From: an uncultured Verrucomicrobiae bacterium
Lineage (GTDB): Bacteria; Verrucomicrobiota; Verrucomicrobiia; Chthoniobacterales; UBA10450
Assembly: GCA_963815455.1 (NCBI GenBank)
Contig: CAWFGO010000001.1
Span: forward strand, 352,001-416,000
DNA length: 64,000 nt
Direction of reading: 5' to 3'
Shown here: in pieces, positions 20,312-30,604 of the stretch
How the letters are laid out: each line of letters begins with the position of its first letter
Position numbering within the stretch: the stretch's first letter is position 1
Notes under the pieces: generated by a model
The model's input: the letters and a program-made list of their open reading frames with translations, nothing else
The model's database searches: none
Told to the model about the DNA's origin: nothing
Position numbers and translations under genes: made by a program

Positions 20312-21492
20312 GTGAAGATAAACAGAATCGACACGAAACGATCGACGTCGTGAAGCGCAACTGGCTCGCCGAAGTCGAAACCGCCCAGGCCTATCGCGAT
20401 TTGGCCGGCCGCGAGCCGGACGAAAAACGCAAAGGCATTTTGATCCGCATGGCCGAAGCGGAGGAGCGCCATGCTCAACGCTGGGAACAGAAATTGCGCG
20501 ATCTCGGCGCCGAACCGCCCGAACTAAGAAATACTCTGGGCCGCCGCCTGAATCGGTGGTGGAACAAAGTGGCAGGGGCGGACATCGCCATTCGTCGCAT
20601 GGAAGCGGCCGAAGAAAAACACGAAGCCGAATTTCGCGACCAGCGCGATCGGGCGCTGGCCAACGAGGATGACGTGAAAGATTTTCTGCGCGAAAGCGCG
20701 ATGGAAGAAAAAGCGCATGCCCGCGCCTTGAATGCGATGGCCGCTCCGAGCCGGAGTGGCGGGCCACCCAGCCCGCGCACTGCCCTCGATGCAATCTTGA
20801 AACGCGAACGCTGGCATGGCCGGGGCGGCAGTTGGGTGGCCGATGCAATCTACGGCGCCAACGACGGGCTCGGCGCAGTGTTTGGAATCGTCTCCGGCGT
20901 CGCGGGCGCGACCAACAATCAGCAACATTTCATTCTCATCTCCGGGCTGGCCGGAATGCTGGCATCGACATTATCGATGGGCGCGGGCGCCTATCTCGCA
21001 GCCAAGAGCGAAGCCGAAGTTTACGAAGCGGAGATTTCGCGCGAGCGCGCGGAGGTCGAGGAAAATCCCGAGGAAGAGATCGAAGAGATGTCGCTCTTCT
21101 ATCAATTACAGGGATTCAACCCTGAAGAATCGCAAAAAATGGCTGAACGTCTGGCCGAGCAACCGGAGCAATTTATCCAGGCAATGGCCCAAAGTGAGCT
21201 GGGGCTCTCCGAGCATCGTTTTCCGAATCAATGGACGGCGGCGTTTTCGGCCGGCCTCTCCACTGCCATCGGCGCCTTCGTTCCGATCATTCCGTTTTTC
21301 TTCTCGGGCGGATTCGATGCAGTGCTCGCTTCCTTCGGCATCAGTCTGGTAGCGCATTTCGCCGTCGGCGCATTGAAATCGCTCATCACGATCCGTTCCT
21401 GGTGGGCATCGGGCCTGGAAATGACCTGGATCGGCGTCATCGTCGCCGTCGTCACCTACGGCCTCGGCCTCGCCTTCGGCGCGTTAGGATAG
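20308..21492 (+). CDS. VIT1/CCC1 transporter with N-terminal ferritin/rubrerythrin-like domain
   Basis: EERH / EKAH ExxH motifs; YGANDGL, SMGAGAYL. Confidence 0.9.
   Translation: MSEDKQNRHETIDVVKRNWLAEVETAQAYRDLAGREPDEKRKGILIRMAEAEERHAQRWEQKLRDLGAEPPELRNTLGRRLNRWWNKVAGADIAIRRMEAAEEKHEAEFRDQRDRALANEDDVKDFLRESAMEEKAHARALNAMAAPSRSGGPPSPRTALDAILKRERWHGRGGSWVADAIYGANDGLGAVFGIVSGVAGATNNQQHFILISGLAGMLASTLSMGAGAYLAAKSEAEVYEAEISRERAEVEENPEEEIEEMSLFYQLQGFNPEESQKMAERLAEQPEQFIQAMAQSELGLSEHRFPNQWTAAFSAGLSTAIGAFVPIIPFFFSGGFDAVLASFGISLVAHFAVGALKSLITIRSWWASGLEMTWIGVIVAVVTYGLGLAFGALG
21363..21492 (+). repeat. Direct repeat copy 1 (functional VIT1 3' end, 130 bp)
   Basis: Aligns without gaps to 21977-22106 with 11 mismatches by hand count. 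Confidence 0.95.
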
Positions 21493-21548
21493 CCGCTGCT
21501 CAGCGGAATTAGGCTGACAAAATGCGCAGCAGAGAATAAGTTTGCGTC

Positions 21549-21737
21549 GTGAGCGCATCTGAAATTGTGAAGGAGCTTCCCAGGTTGACAGAAGCCGAAC
21601 GAAGGCTGATTCGCGAAGGTCTTCTGGAACTGGCCAATCAGGAACCGGATATCGCCCTATGCAATCAAGCGGCGCTCGATGGCGCATTAATGCTTGATCG
21701 CATGGAGGAGGAAGATGCGCGGAATAAGAGCCGGTGA
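21549..21737 (+). CDS. Putative antitoxin
   Basis: 62 aa acidic, ELPRLT.AER; overlaps the toxin-like gene. Confidence 0.65.
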   Translation: MSASEIVKELPRLTEAERRLIREGLLELANQEPDIALCNQAALDGALMLDRMEEEDARNKSR

Positions 21738-21990
21738 AGTCTGGATGATCGATTTTGGGATGGCCGACTTGGTGACCGTTTTGCTTCACACCACCTCATT
21801 TCGGGGCGACCGATGGGAATTGAACATCTCAAAACCATTCCTTAAAGCCGGCGCGTTTCACCTGCAACAAGTCCAAACCATTTCCACCGTCAAACTACAA
21901 CGTCGGCTCGGAGTTTTGACTCTTGAAGAAATGACACAGGTGCATAGCGCGTTGCGAAACCGGCTAGGCATGGAGGCGTCGGCGCATTGA
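21715..21990 (+). pseudogene. MazF/PemK-family toxin, apparently internally deleted
   Basis: GEVWMIDFG, TT, QVQTIS..KL.RRLG.L; lacks the K.RP.. strand after DFG. Confidence 0.7.
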
Positions 21991-22106
21991 AATCGCTCAT
22001 CACGATCCGCTCCTGGTGGGCATCAGGCCTGGAAATGACCTGGATCGGCGTGATTGTCGCCGTCGTCACCTACGGGCTTGGGCTTGTATTCGGCTCGTTA
22101 GGATAG
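21977..22106 (+). repeat. Direct repeat copy 2 (orphan VIT1 3' end)
   Basis: Encodes VGALKSLITIRSWWASGLEMTWIGVIVAVVTYGLGLVFGSLG*. Confidence 0.95.
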
Positions 22107-22107
22107 A

Positions 22108-23451
22108 ATGCTACCATCGACCGCACGCAAGGGTCTCGCTCGTCAGCTCGGATTGTTCGGCACGACCATGGCGGTGATGGGCGGCATCATCGGCGCCGGA
22201 ATTTTCATTAATCCGTACCTCGTCGCCGACAGGGTTCACACGCCCGCTCTGATTCTCGGGGCCTGGATCGTGGGCGGATTGATCGCGCTGGCCGGCGGAT
22301 TCGTTTATGCCGAGCTAGCGGCACGGCATCCGGTCGTTGGCGGTCAATACGCTTATTTGCGGGAACTTCATCCGGCCGTCGCGTTCACTTACGGTTGGGT
22401 GCTGTTGCTCGTGATTCAAACCGGCGGCATGGCGGCCGTGGCTGTCACCTTTTCCCGATACTTTCTCGAGCTGACGCGCTGGCCGATCAACGAATCGATT
22501 ATCGCCGCGTCGGCTCTCGCGCTGCTGACTGCAATCAATTGCGCGGGCGTGCGCGCCGGCAGCCGCGTCCAATCAATCATGACCCTGACGGCGATCGCGG
22601 CGATCGGGACGTTGGAAATCTTCAGTTTTTTACAGGGGACATCACAGATTTCATGGCGACCGGTGCTCGAAAAACCAGCCGATGTCGATCTTATCGTCGC
22701 GTTCGGCTCGGCGATGACGCCGGTATTGTTCGCTTACGGTGGCTGGCAGACATCGAGTTTTCTCGGTGGCGAAGTACGGGACGCGCATCGAACTTTGCCG
22801 CGAGCGCTCGTTCTCGGCGTCGTCGGAGTGATCATCGTTTACACTTCGGTGAACTTTGTTTACCTGCGCGCTCTCGGTCCGATCGGCCTGGCGGCATCGA
22901 CAACGCCGGCTTCATCGGTCATGCGCGGTTTGCTCGGGCCGCGAGGCGGACAGTTTATTGCCGCGGGAATTGCTTTCTCCGCGTTCGGATTCCTGGCCCA
23001 ATCGATGTTAACCGCGCCCCGAGTCTATTTTGCCATGGCAAACGACGGCGTTTTCTTTCGAAGCGTAGCTTACGTCCATCCGCGCACACACGTGCCGATC
23101 ATCGCCATCGCCCTGCAAGGCGTTTGGGCCATTGTCATCGCTCTTACTGGAACCTACGCGCAGGTCGTTAATTATGTGATTGCGATGGACTGCATCTTCT
23201 TTGGGCTCACCGCAGCATGTCTGTTCGTGTTTCGACGCCGCTCCGGCCAAGGACCCGATTTTCGCGTGCCGGGCCATCCGTGGACAACGTTGTTGTTCAT
23301 CGCCGCAAATTGGATTGTTGTTGTCAGCACTTTCGCCCACGATCCCGAAGCGATCGTTCATCGGACTCGGTATCGCCCTGGCCGGCTTGCCTGTCATATC
23401 ATTCTTGGCGAACCAAATCGAAAACTCTTCGGGTCACAGTTTACTCGATGA
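22108..23451 (+). CDS. APC-family amino acid permease (LAT-like), C-terminal frameshift
   Basis: IIGAGIF, YAELA, GGQYAY, FAYGGW, PRVYFAMA.DG. Confidence 0.9.
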   Translation: MLPSTARKGLARQLGLFGTTMAVMGGIIGAGIFINPYLVADRVHTPALILGAWIVGGLIALAGGFVYAELAARHPVVGGQYAYLRELHPAVAFTYGWVLLLVIQTGGMAAVAVTFSRYFLELTRWPINESIIAASALALLTAINCAGVRAGSRVQSIMTLTAIAAIGTLEIFSFLQGTSQISWRPVLEKPADVDLIVAFGSAMTPVLFAYGGWQTSSFLGGEVRDAHRTLPRALVLGVVGVIIVYTSVNFVYLRALGPIGLAASTTPASSVMRGLLGPRGGQFIAAGIAFSAFGFLAQSMLTAPRVYFAMANDGVFFRSVAYVHPRTHVPIIAIALQGVWAIVIALTGTYAQVVNYVIAMDCIFFGLTAACLFVFRRRSGQGPDFRVPGHPWTTLLFIAANWIVVVSTFAHDPEAIVHRTRYRPGRLACHIILGEPNRKLFGSQFTR

Positions 23452-23509
23452 CCGACGGAGCCGCAAATTCTGATCCGCGTGTCATCCTGGCGATCCAGTC
23501 GCCAAATAC

Positions 23510-24617
23510 ATGAGCGATTCGAAAAGAACCAAGCGATCGGAATTCATGGAATGGGCGAAACTGCATTCGCAGGCGCGTTTCAATCTGGCCACCAGCGGCA
23601 TTGATCAACGTGCCAGCTTCGGAATTTCCTCTGCCGTTCGCACGAATTGGAGATCACCGGCTCAGACGGATATGGCTACGAGCCGCTACAGCAACGGATC
23701 GCACGTCAATCGGCGCTCCAAAAGAATGCGTGGTCGCGGCGACGGGGACGTCGATGGCGAACCAACTGGCCATGGCCGCCGTGCTCGAACCCGGCGACGA
23801 AGTGCTGATCGAGCAACCCGCCTATGGCCCGCTCGTCGATGTTGCCAATTATCTCGGAGCCACGTAAAACGATTCCCGAGAGAATTCGAAAACGGGTTCG
23901 CCGTCGAGTTGGACAAGATCGACAACGCCATCACGCCTGCTACTCGTCTGATCGTGTCTGACCAATCTGCATAACCCCAGCGGCGCGCTCATTCCGACGG
24001 AAACTCTGCGGGCCATTGGCGAAATGGCGCACCGCGCCGGTGCGCGCGTGCTGGTAGATGAGGCTTATATCGAAATGCTGTTCGACGACCGCCCGCCGTT
24101 CGCGTTCCCGATTGGTCAAACATTGGGAAAAAACAACCCGTTCATTGTAACAAACAGTCTGACGAAGACGTATGGGTTGAGCGGACTGCGCTGCGGGTGG
24201 ATTCTCGCCTCTCCCGATCTGGCTCGCAGGATCTGGCGGCTCAACGATTTCTTCGGCGTCAATGCGCCTCATCCTACAGAGCAAATGTCGGTCGTAGCAT
24301 TCGATCATCTGGGACAGTTTCGCGAACGGGCACAGAAACTTCTAACGGCTAATCGCGCCTTGCTTAACGCATTTCTCGATTCACGAGACGATCTGGAATG
24401 TTTTCGATCAGTAGCCGGTTCCATCGTTTTTCCACGGCTGACAACAGGTGACTCCGAAGTTTTTCTGAAATTGCTGCGCGACAAATACGAGACAAGCGTC
24501 GTGCCCGGAAAGTTCTTCGACATGCCGCAACATTTTCGAATCGGCGTTGGCGGCGAGACCGCGGGCGTGCGCGCCGGCCTCGAACGTCTGGGCGCTGCGT
24601 TGGACGAGTCTTCGTAG
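23510..24617 (+). CDS. PLP-dependent aminotransferase class I/II, frameshifted
   Basis: PGDEVLIE.PAY, VDEAY, SLTKTYGLSGLRCGW. Confidence 0.85.
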
Positions 24618-24622
24618 CTTCG

Positions 24623-24735
24623 GTCATCCCGAGCAAAGGAACAGTTTACCCGCCGCGGCGGGAGAGATCCCGTTACGCTGCCTTAAATCCTGCCACGGGA
24701 TTCTTCGACTCCGCTTCGCTCCGCTCAGAATGACA
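24623..24735. repeat. GTCAT-type REP-like repeat with nested CCCGCCGCGGCGGG insert
   Basis: gtcatcccgagc ... gctcagaatgaca. Confidence 0.8.
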
Positions 24736-24749
24736 TGCTATTAATATCC

Positions 24750-25386
24750 ATGCCCAATCTCGCGACCTGGCTGCGAAAAAAGGATGAAAAATATTTTCAG
24801 CCGTTTTTCGAAAAGCACCCTGAGATCAAAGTTTGGAACGCTCTGAGCGGCGATGTGCCATTGGAAAAGATGGACGGGCTTCTTCTCACCGGCGGCTCGG
24901 ATATCGCGCCGGAATTCATGCGGCAGGAAATTGTCGATCCTTCGGTGCTTGATAAAGATGTCGATCCTAAGCGGGATCGATGGGAGTTTGCCGCGACCAA
25001 AGATGCCTTGGCGCGCGGTCTGCCGATCTTCGCCATCTGCAAAGGTCTGCAAGTTCTTAATGTCGCGCTCGGCGGGACGCTCAAGCTCGACATCCCGGGG
25101 CACAATCTGCCGGAGCAGCGTGATCATGATATTCAGCCACTCCGCTACGACGGAGCCACCGCAACACCGCCTGCCAAAAGTAAACAGCGCGCATCATCAG
25201 GCGATCGACCGGCTTGGAGATGGTTTGGAAGTCGAAGCCCGATGCGCCACCGATGGCGAAATCGAGCAGGTCCGCCTGCGGAATCATCCCTTTGCCCTGG
25301 GCGTTCAATATCATCCCGAGCGCGGGACGATTTATGATTCGCTGTTTGAAGATTTCTTCTCGCACTTGAATGGGGATAATCGTTAA
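24750..25386 (+). CDS. Gamma-glutamyl-gamma-aminobutyrate hydrolase family (peptidase C26), frameshifted
   Basis: LLTGGSD, ICKGLQ.LNVA.GG, VNSAHHQA, GVQYHPE. Confidence 0.9.
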
Positions 25387-25421
25387 ATCACTCGCTCCCA
25401 CACTCAGTTGAATCTCTAGAC

Positions 25422-26302
25422 GTGCCCACGCCGCAAAATACCATCGCGATCGTTTACGATTACGATCAAACGCTAAGCCCGAGCTACATGCAGGACGAAG
25501 TGGTTTTTCCCGCGTTCGGTATTAACGCCGAAAGTTTCTGGCGGCGATGCACCGATCTCGTGCGCGAAAACGGTTACGACAACGAGCTCGCTTACATGAA
25601 AGTGTTGCTCGACACCCTGGGGATGGATCGGCCCACCAATGCCGAACTGAAAAAGCTCGGGGCGAAATTGAATTTTTACAAAGGTCTGCCGGGAATGTTC
25701 GAAGAATTCCGAAGCGGTCTGCTCAATTCGGAGCACGTCGCCCACGGCATTAGCGTCGAGCATTACATCATTTCCTCCGGCATGAAGATTCTCCTGGAAG
25801 GCAGCCGGCTGGCGCCGTTCGTCCGCGCGATTTTCGGGTGCGAATTTGCCGAGGATAACGAGGGACGGATCACGTTTCCCAAACGCGTCATCAGCCACAC
25901 CCAAAAAACGCAGTTTCTTTTTCGCATCAACAAGGGCCTCCTCGATATGTCGCAGGACGTAAACGATCACATGGAGCCCGACATTCGACCGATCCCGTTC
26001 CCGAACATGATTTACATCGGTGACGGCCCGACCGACGTGCCGTGCTTTACGGTGATGAAAAGAACGGCGGCGAAGCCATCGCGGTTTACAATCCCGAGGA
26101 TTCGAAGCGTGTCGGGTTCAAAAAGTGTTATCAGCTATCGACCCATGCCGATCGGGTGAAACATATCGCGCCGGCCGATTATCGGCCGAACACACATCTT
26201 CGCATGTTGCTCGAACAAATGGTCGAGGAAATCGCCGATCGGATCGTCGAGGAACGCAAGTCCGCAATCGAGACCGGAACCGTTCGCGCGCCGAAGTATT
26301 AG
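25422..26302 (+). CDS. HAD-family hydrolase, frameshifted
   Basis: YDYDQTL, IISSG, KTQ.LFRINKG, YIGDGPTDVPC. Confidence 0.85.
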
Positions 26303-26323
26303 CTGCGTGCCGCAGCGGCGAGG

Positions 26324-27565
26324 CTACACCAGGGCCTTCTCCCGCAAATCCACCGCGGCATTTAGCACCTTGGCGAAGCTATTTCGGTCATCACGCGGCG
26401 ATTGTCGATCTTGATAAGCCACCGGCGGTTTTGTCAGATCGCGAATGTCGAACTCCGGCCGCACATCGCCCATCAGGTTTTCGAAAAACTTCGCGGCATT
26501 TTCCGGGAACGGGAAACAGCGCCAAAACGAATAGGCATTCAATCCGTTGTTGTATGCCGTTCGCGAAACTGTCGAGGAAACCGAATAAACGGCTTCGATC
26601 GTTCCGAAGTGGCGAAGGAAATACAGCTCAGCCGCTTCCCGATCGTTGTCGCTCTGAAAACCTTCCAGATTGAGCCGCTGGGCCTCGTTCGTTTCCGCCG
26701 GGTGCGGCCGGTAAACGAGATCGCATTTGGCTCCGTAATGCTGGCGCAGATAATCGAGACAACCATTCAAGCGTTCGATGTAAATTTCCGGCGCCAAATT
26801 GTGCACGAGCAAGAATGGCGTTCCAAAAAAAATCACCCGGCGATGTCGATCCTGTTCGCCGTTGCCAGGCTCGCCGGCGGGAAGCCCGCGCAGATCGGCC
26901 ATGATCGGGAATCGTGACGCGAGCAGGTTCGGATCTTGTGCTCGAAGCTCGCGGCCGCTGTTGCTCATCACGATGACCGTGTCGTAAATCTCGCCGGGAT
27001 CTTTTTGAAGGCGCTCGATGCGGACGCCATCGCCGCCGGGATTAATCCGCGGTTTGAAATGGATGGTTCGCTCGAGACCGGCCAGCGGCTCGACCAGCCG
27101 GTTTTGCCACCAGCCGGACGTTGTGAAGCGGTACCGTCCGCGACTGCCGGCCCGGGTCAGTTGCCGGTAAACTTTCTCCGGAACGCACAAGATTTTGTAA
27201 AGATCACGATGAGCCGAGGCGACGGCGTTGCCGATCTTGAGAACGCCCGCCAGGCAAAGGATTACGTCGGTTTCCGAATCAATCGGGAGCGCCGCAAGTT
27301 TTCGCTGACGTTGTTTGTTTTGCTGAAAAAAACGCGGCAGATCGCCAAACCCGCGGCAGCTCTCGATCCGGGCAAACGAATGAACCGAAGCGAAACGATC
27401 GCGATACGGCTCCCATTTAGCCCGCTCCCACCAAACGGAATACTCGCGCAGCAAATAACAGCCGCCCGGGAAACGATGCTCCAACGCCTGCGCCGCCGCG
27501 AGCGCCGTCGGGAGACGATCTGGGCGCGTAATCGCGATCCAGAGTTTGTCGGTCGCGGGCTTCAT
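26324..27565 (-). CDS. Hypothetical protein, possible GT-B sialyl/nonulosonate transferase-like
   Basis: C-terminal YRPHPAE and VYSVSSTV resemble HP and SS(T) motifs. Confidence 0.5.
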   Translation of the reverse strand: MKPATDKLWIAITRPDRLPTALAAAQALEHRFPGGCYLLREYSVWWERAKWEPYRDRFASVHSFARIESCRGFGDLPRFFQQNKQRQRKLAALPIDSETDVILCLAGVLKIGNAVASAHRDLYKILCVPEKVYRQLTRAGSRGRYRFTTSGWWQNRLVEPLAGLERTIHFKPRINPGGDGVRIERLQKDPGEIYDTVIVMSNSGRELRAQDPNLLASRFPIMADLRGLPAGEPGNGEQDRHRRVIFFGTPFLLVHNLAPEIYIERLNGCLDYLRQHYGAKCDLVYRPHPAETNEAQRLNLEGFQSDNDREAAELYFLRHFGTIEAVYSVSSTVSRTAYNNGLNAYSFWRCFPFPENAAKFFENLMGDVRPEFDIRDLTKPPVAYQDRQSPRDDRNSFAKVLNAAVDLREKALV

Positions 27566-27580
27566 GTGACGATGTCGATC

Positions 27581-27946
27581 TTATTCGCCTCGATAAACAC
27601 AGCGCGCAGTGGGCGTTTCATGGACGACGATTTCACAAAGCCCCGGGCATTGCGGCTGCAACTTTTCCCAGAACCACGCCGCCATGTTTTCAATCGTCGG
27701 ATTCTCCAGCCCTGCGATTTCGTTGAGATAGGAATGGTCGAGCAGTTTCAGCAGCGGTTTCATCGCTTCGGAAATTTCGGCATGATCGTAAATCCATCCC
27801 GTCTTTGGATCGGCATCGCCCTCCACGGAAATCTCAACTTTGAAACTGTGCCCGTGCATCCGCCGGCATTTGTGCCCCTCCGGCGCAGCGCGGCAGCGGT
27901 TTGGGCCGCCTCGAAGGTGAAGTCTTTCGTCAAGCGGGCAGCGCAT
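27581..27946 (-). CDS. queD: 6-carboxytetrahydropterin synthase, 5' frameshifts
   Basis: HKC.RMHGHSF, LDHSYLN, NPTIEN, ETPT; TKDFTFEAA in alternate frame. Confidence 0.9.
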   Translation of the reverse strand: MRCPLDERLHLRGGPNRCRAAPEGHKCRRMHGHSFKVEISVEGDADPKTGWIYDHAEISEAMKPLLKLLDHSYLNEIAGLENPTIENMAAWFWEKLQPQCPGLCEIVVHETPTARCVYRGE

Positions 27947-28045
27947 GGCGGAAAGTCCACATTAGGATGACGGATCAAGGATGAAGGATGAAAGCATCCG
28001 GAGCGCAGTCGGGTGATCGTCGCAGCCGACGTGAGGAGGCTCACT

Positions 28046-28711
28046 TCACACGCCGCGTTCTGGGTCGGGTCCCAGATGAATTTGTGCATCTGGAGCTGGA
28101 AACGCACGTTGCAGTTTGTCCGCCAGAATCCATTCCACGATCTCGCGCGGATCGATTCGGCCGAAAATCGGCGAGAACAAAACCGCGCGGCAACGCGCTG
28201 TCGAGATTGAAACGCTGCACCTTTTCGCGCGACCATTCGTAGTCTTCGCGCGAGCCGATCACGAATTTCACTTCATCGCGCTTGGTGAGATGATCGATGT
28301 TCGACCAAAGATTCTTTTCACACTTCGCCGCTGCCCGGCGTCTTCAAGTCCATGATCCGATGGACACGCCATCGACGGGCGAGATGTCGTGCGCGCCGCT
28401 CGTTTCGATCAAAACGGTGTGGTCCGCGTCGCATAACATCGACATCAGCGGCAGCACATTTTTTTGCAGAAGCGGTTCGCCGCCCGTGATTTCGACCAGC
28501 GGACATCGAAACCCCGCGACAAGCATCGACGATCTCCTCAGCGTCTGCTTCTTCCCTTCGTAAAATGCGTATTCGGTGTCGCAGTAAGTGCAGCGCAGAT
28601 CGCAGAAAGTGAGCCGGACAAACACGCACGGCGCAGCCCGCCCACGAGCTCTCGCCCTGGATCGAGTGATAAATCTCGTTAATCGTTAGCGATCTTTTCG
28701 TCGCTCGACAA
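28046..28711 (-). CDS. queE: 7-carboxy-7-deazaguanine synthase (radical SAM), frameshifted
   Basis: EIYHSIQGE, CDLRCTYCDT, TGGEPL, ETSG, LQMHKFIW. Confidence 0.9.
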
Positions 28712-28733
28712 TGTTTCCAGTCGTAACAGACTT

Positions 28734-29489
28734 TCAGATTCCACTCTTCGCGTTGGCCTCGGCAAAGCTGGACTTCTTCCTGAGCAGAGAGGCCAGGTAA
28801 CGATCCACCGAGGGCGCTTGATTGATCCGGGAAAGATTCGCCGGAGTTTCCAACCGCGAGAAAATTGCATAAGCAATCTTTTTTCGTGGAACGCTTTTCT
28901 CCCCATAGCCCGAAGGAATGTTGCTCGACCAATACCGGACGTATTGCTCGCCGCCGCGGTTCTCCATTCCGATAAAAATCGCCGAGTGCCCGCTCTCGCG
29001 CCGGCCAACCTGCTTGTTCCAGAAAATTTTCATGAAATCGCCAGGCTTGGCCTGGGCGAAGTCGGGGAAATTTCGGCCAAGTCCGAGCTCGTGGAAAAGG
29101 CGCGCCGTGCCCGGGCCGTTCGCGTTCCAACGGCCCCAGATGCCTTCGCCATCGCGCTGATCGCGAATGATCAGCTGATTCAGCGTCGCGTAGTCCAATT
29201 GAAGTTGCCCGCGCTCGCGCAACTTCTCGATCGTGCGAATAAAGACGAGATAGGTCGCGCCCGAGCAGAAACTCGGCGAAGCGCCCGAGGGCAGAAAGAA
29301 AAACTTGCCCGATTCAAAATGAGCCGAGGATTGCAATCGGATCTTGGCGAACCGCGAGATCGAATAGCGGCCGCCGTGCGGCATCTTGTTTACCTGTTCG
29401 AGGACAAGGGCGTTGCAGTCATCGGCAACTGCCGTCTGCGCCGCGACGCCCAAAGTCATGATGAGAACCCATGGAATAACCCTTTTCAC
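28734..29489 (-). CDS. Secreted NlpC/P60-like papain-fold protein
   Basis: Signal peptide, FCSG, PGD, GHSAIFIG. Confidence 0.55.
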   Translation of the reverse strand: MKRVIPWVLIMTLGVAAQTAVADDCNALVLEQVNKMPHGGRYSISRFAKIRLQSSAHFESGKFFFLPSGASPSFCSGATYLVFIRTIEKLRERGQLQLDYATLNQLIIRDQRDGEGIWGRWNANGPGTARLFHELGLGRNFPDFAQAKPGDFMKIFWNKQVGRRESGHSAIFIGMENRGGEQYVRYWSSNIPSGYGEKSVPRKKIAYAIFSRLETPANLSRINQAPSVDRYLASLLRKKSSFAEANAKSGI

Positions 29490-29549
29490 GTTGGATAAGT
29501 AAACGCCGCACGCCGGAAGCGCAATGGGGGCGCCTAATCATTCCGCGTT

Positions 29550-29681
29550 TGTCATCCTGAGCGAAGCGAAGGATCCCGCGAGTAGAAGCAACGTTCGCAA
29601 GGAGTTATGCGATCACGCTTTCAGGACGGTTCGGTACAGTGAAATTCGTCCGTGAGGTCCCTCGCTTCGCTCGGGATGACA
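29550..29681. repeat. GTCAT-type REP-like inverted repeat
   Basis: tgtcatcctgagcgaagcgaagga ... tccctcgcttcgctcgggatgaca. Confidence 0.85.
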
Positions 29682-29713
29682 GATTGCCAGAGCGCTATTA
29701 GAATTACGTCTCC

Positions 29714-30518
29714 ATGCTGCATTTCACGAAAATGAACGGAGCCGGAAACGATTTCGTTTTGATCGACAATCGTTCTGGCGACGTTCGTCTGGAGCCGAAA
29801 CAAATCGCCCGGATTTGCGATCGCCACCGCGGCATCGGCGCCGACGGAATTTTGCTGCTGGAAAACGCGCAGAATAGCGCCGATTTCAGGATGCGTTACT
29901 ACAACGCCGATGGTGGTGAAGCCGAGATGTGCGGCAATGGGGCGCGCTGTTTCGCTCGTTTTGCCAAAAAAATTGCCGACGCCGGTGAGAAGATTTCGTT
30001 CGAAACGCCGGCCGGCGTGATCGGCGCGAAGCTCCACGGTGAATTAGTCACGTTAAACATGAGCGAGCCGAGCGATTTGCGGCTCCGTGTGCCGCTGGCG
30101 ATTAATGGTGAAGATGCCATCATGCATTATATCAATACCGGCGTGCCTCATGTCGTTGTTCCGGTGGCGCGCGTCGACATGGTGCACGTCCAAACTCAAG
30201 GAGCAGCTATTCGCCGGCACCAAATGTTTTCGCCAAAAGGCGCGAACGTAAATTTCATCGAGAAGCGCGGACCGAAGAACATTGCCATCCGCACTTACGA
30301 ACGCGGAGTTGAGGATGAAACGCTGGCCTGTGGCACCGGCGTGGTTGCCAGTGCCCTCATTTTCGCCGCGACCGAAGATACGTCCGGGCCGATTGGTGTG
30401 CGCGTTCGAGGTGGCGACGAATTGCAGGTCGGCTTTCAGAAGACGGGCGACCAATTCGAAGGACGTGACTCTGACCGGCCCAGCCGAATTTGTTTTTGAC
30501 GGGACAATTGAGGTCTGA
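29714..30518 (+). CDS. dapF: Diaminopimelate epimerase (C-terminal frameshift)
   Basis: FTKMNGAGNDF, EMCGNGARC, TYERGVE.ETLACGTG. Confidence 0.95.
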
Positions 30519-30524
30519 TTCATC

Positions 30525-30595
30525 TGTAGCGGCGGTCTCTGACCGTCGCTCGAAATTACAGAAAAGGAGTGCGACGGTCAGAGACCGCCGCTACA
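30525..30595. repeat. GTAG-type REP doublet (perfect 25-bp inverted repeat)
   Basis: tgtagcggcggtctctgaccgtcgc / gcgacggtcagagaccgccgctaca. Confidence 0.9.
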
Positions 30596-30604
30596 AAGAA
30601 AGAA

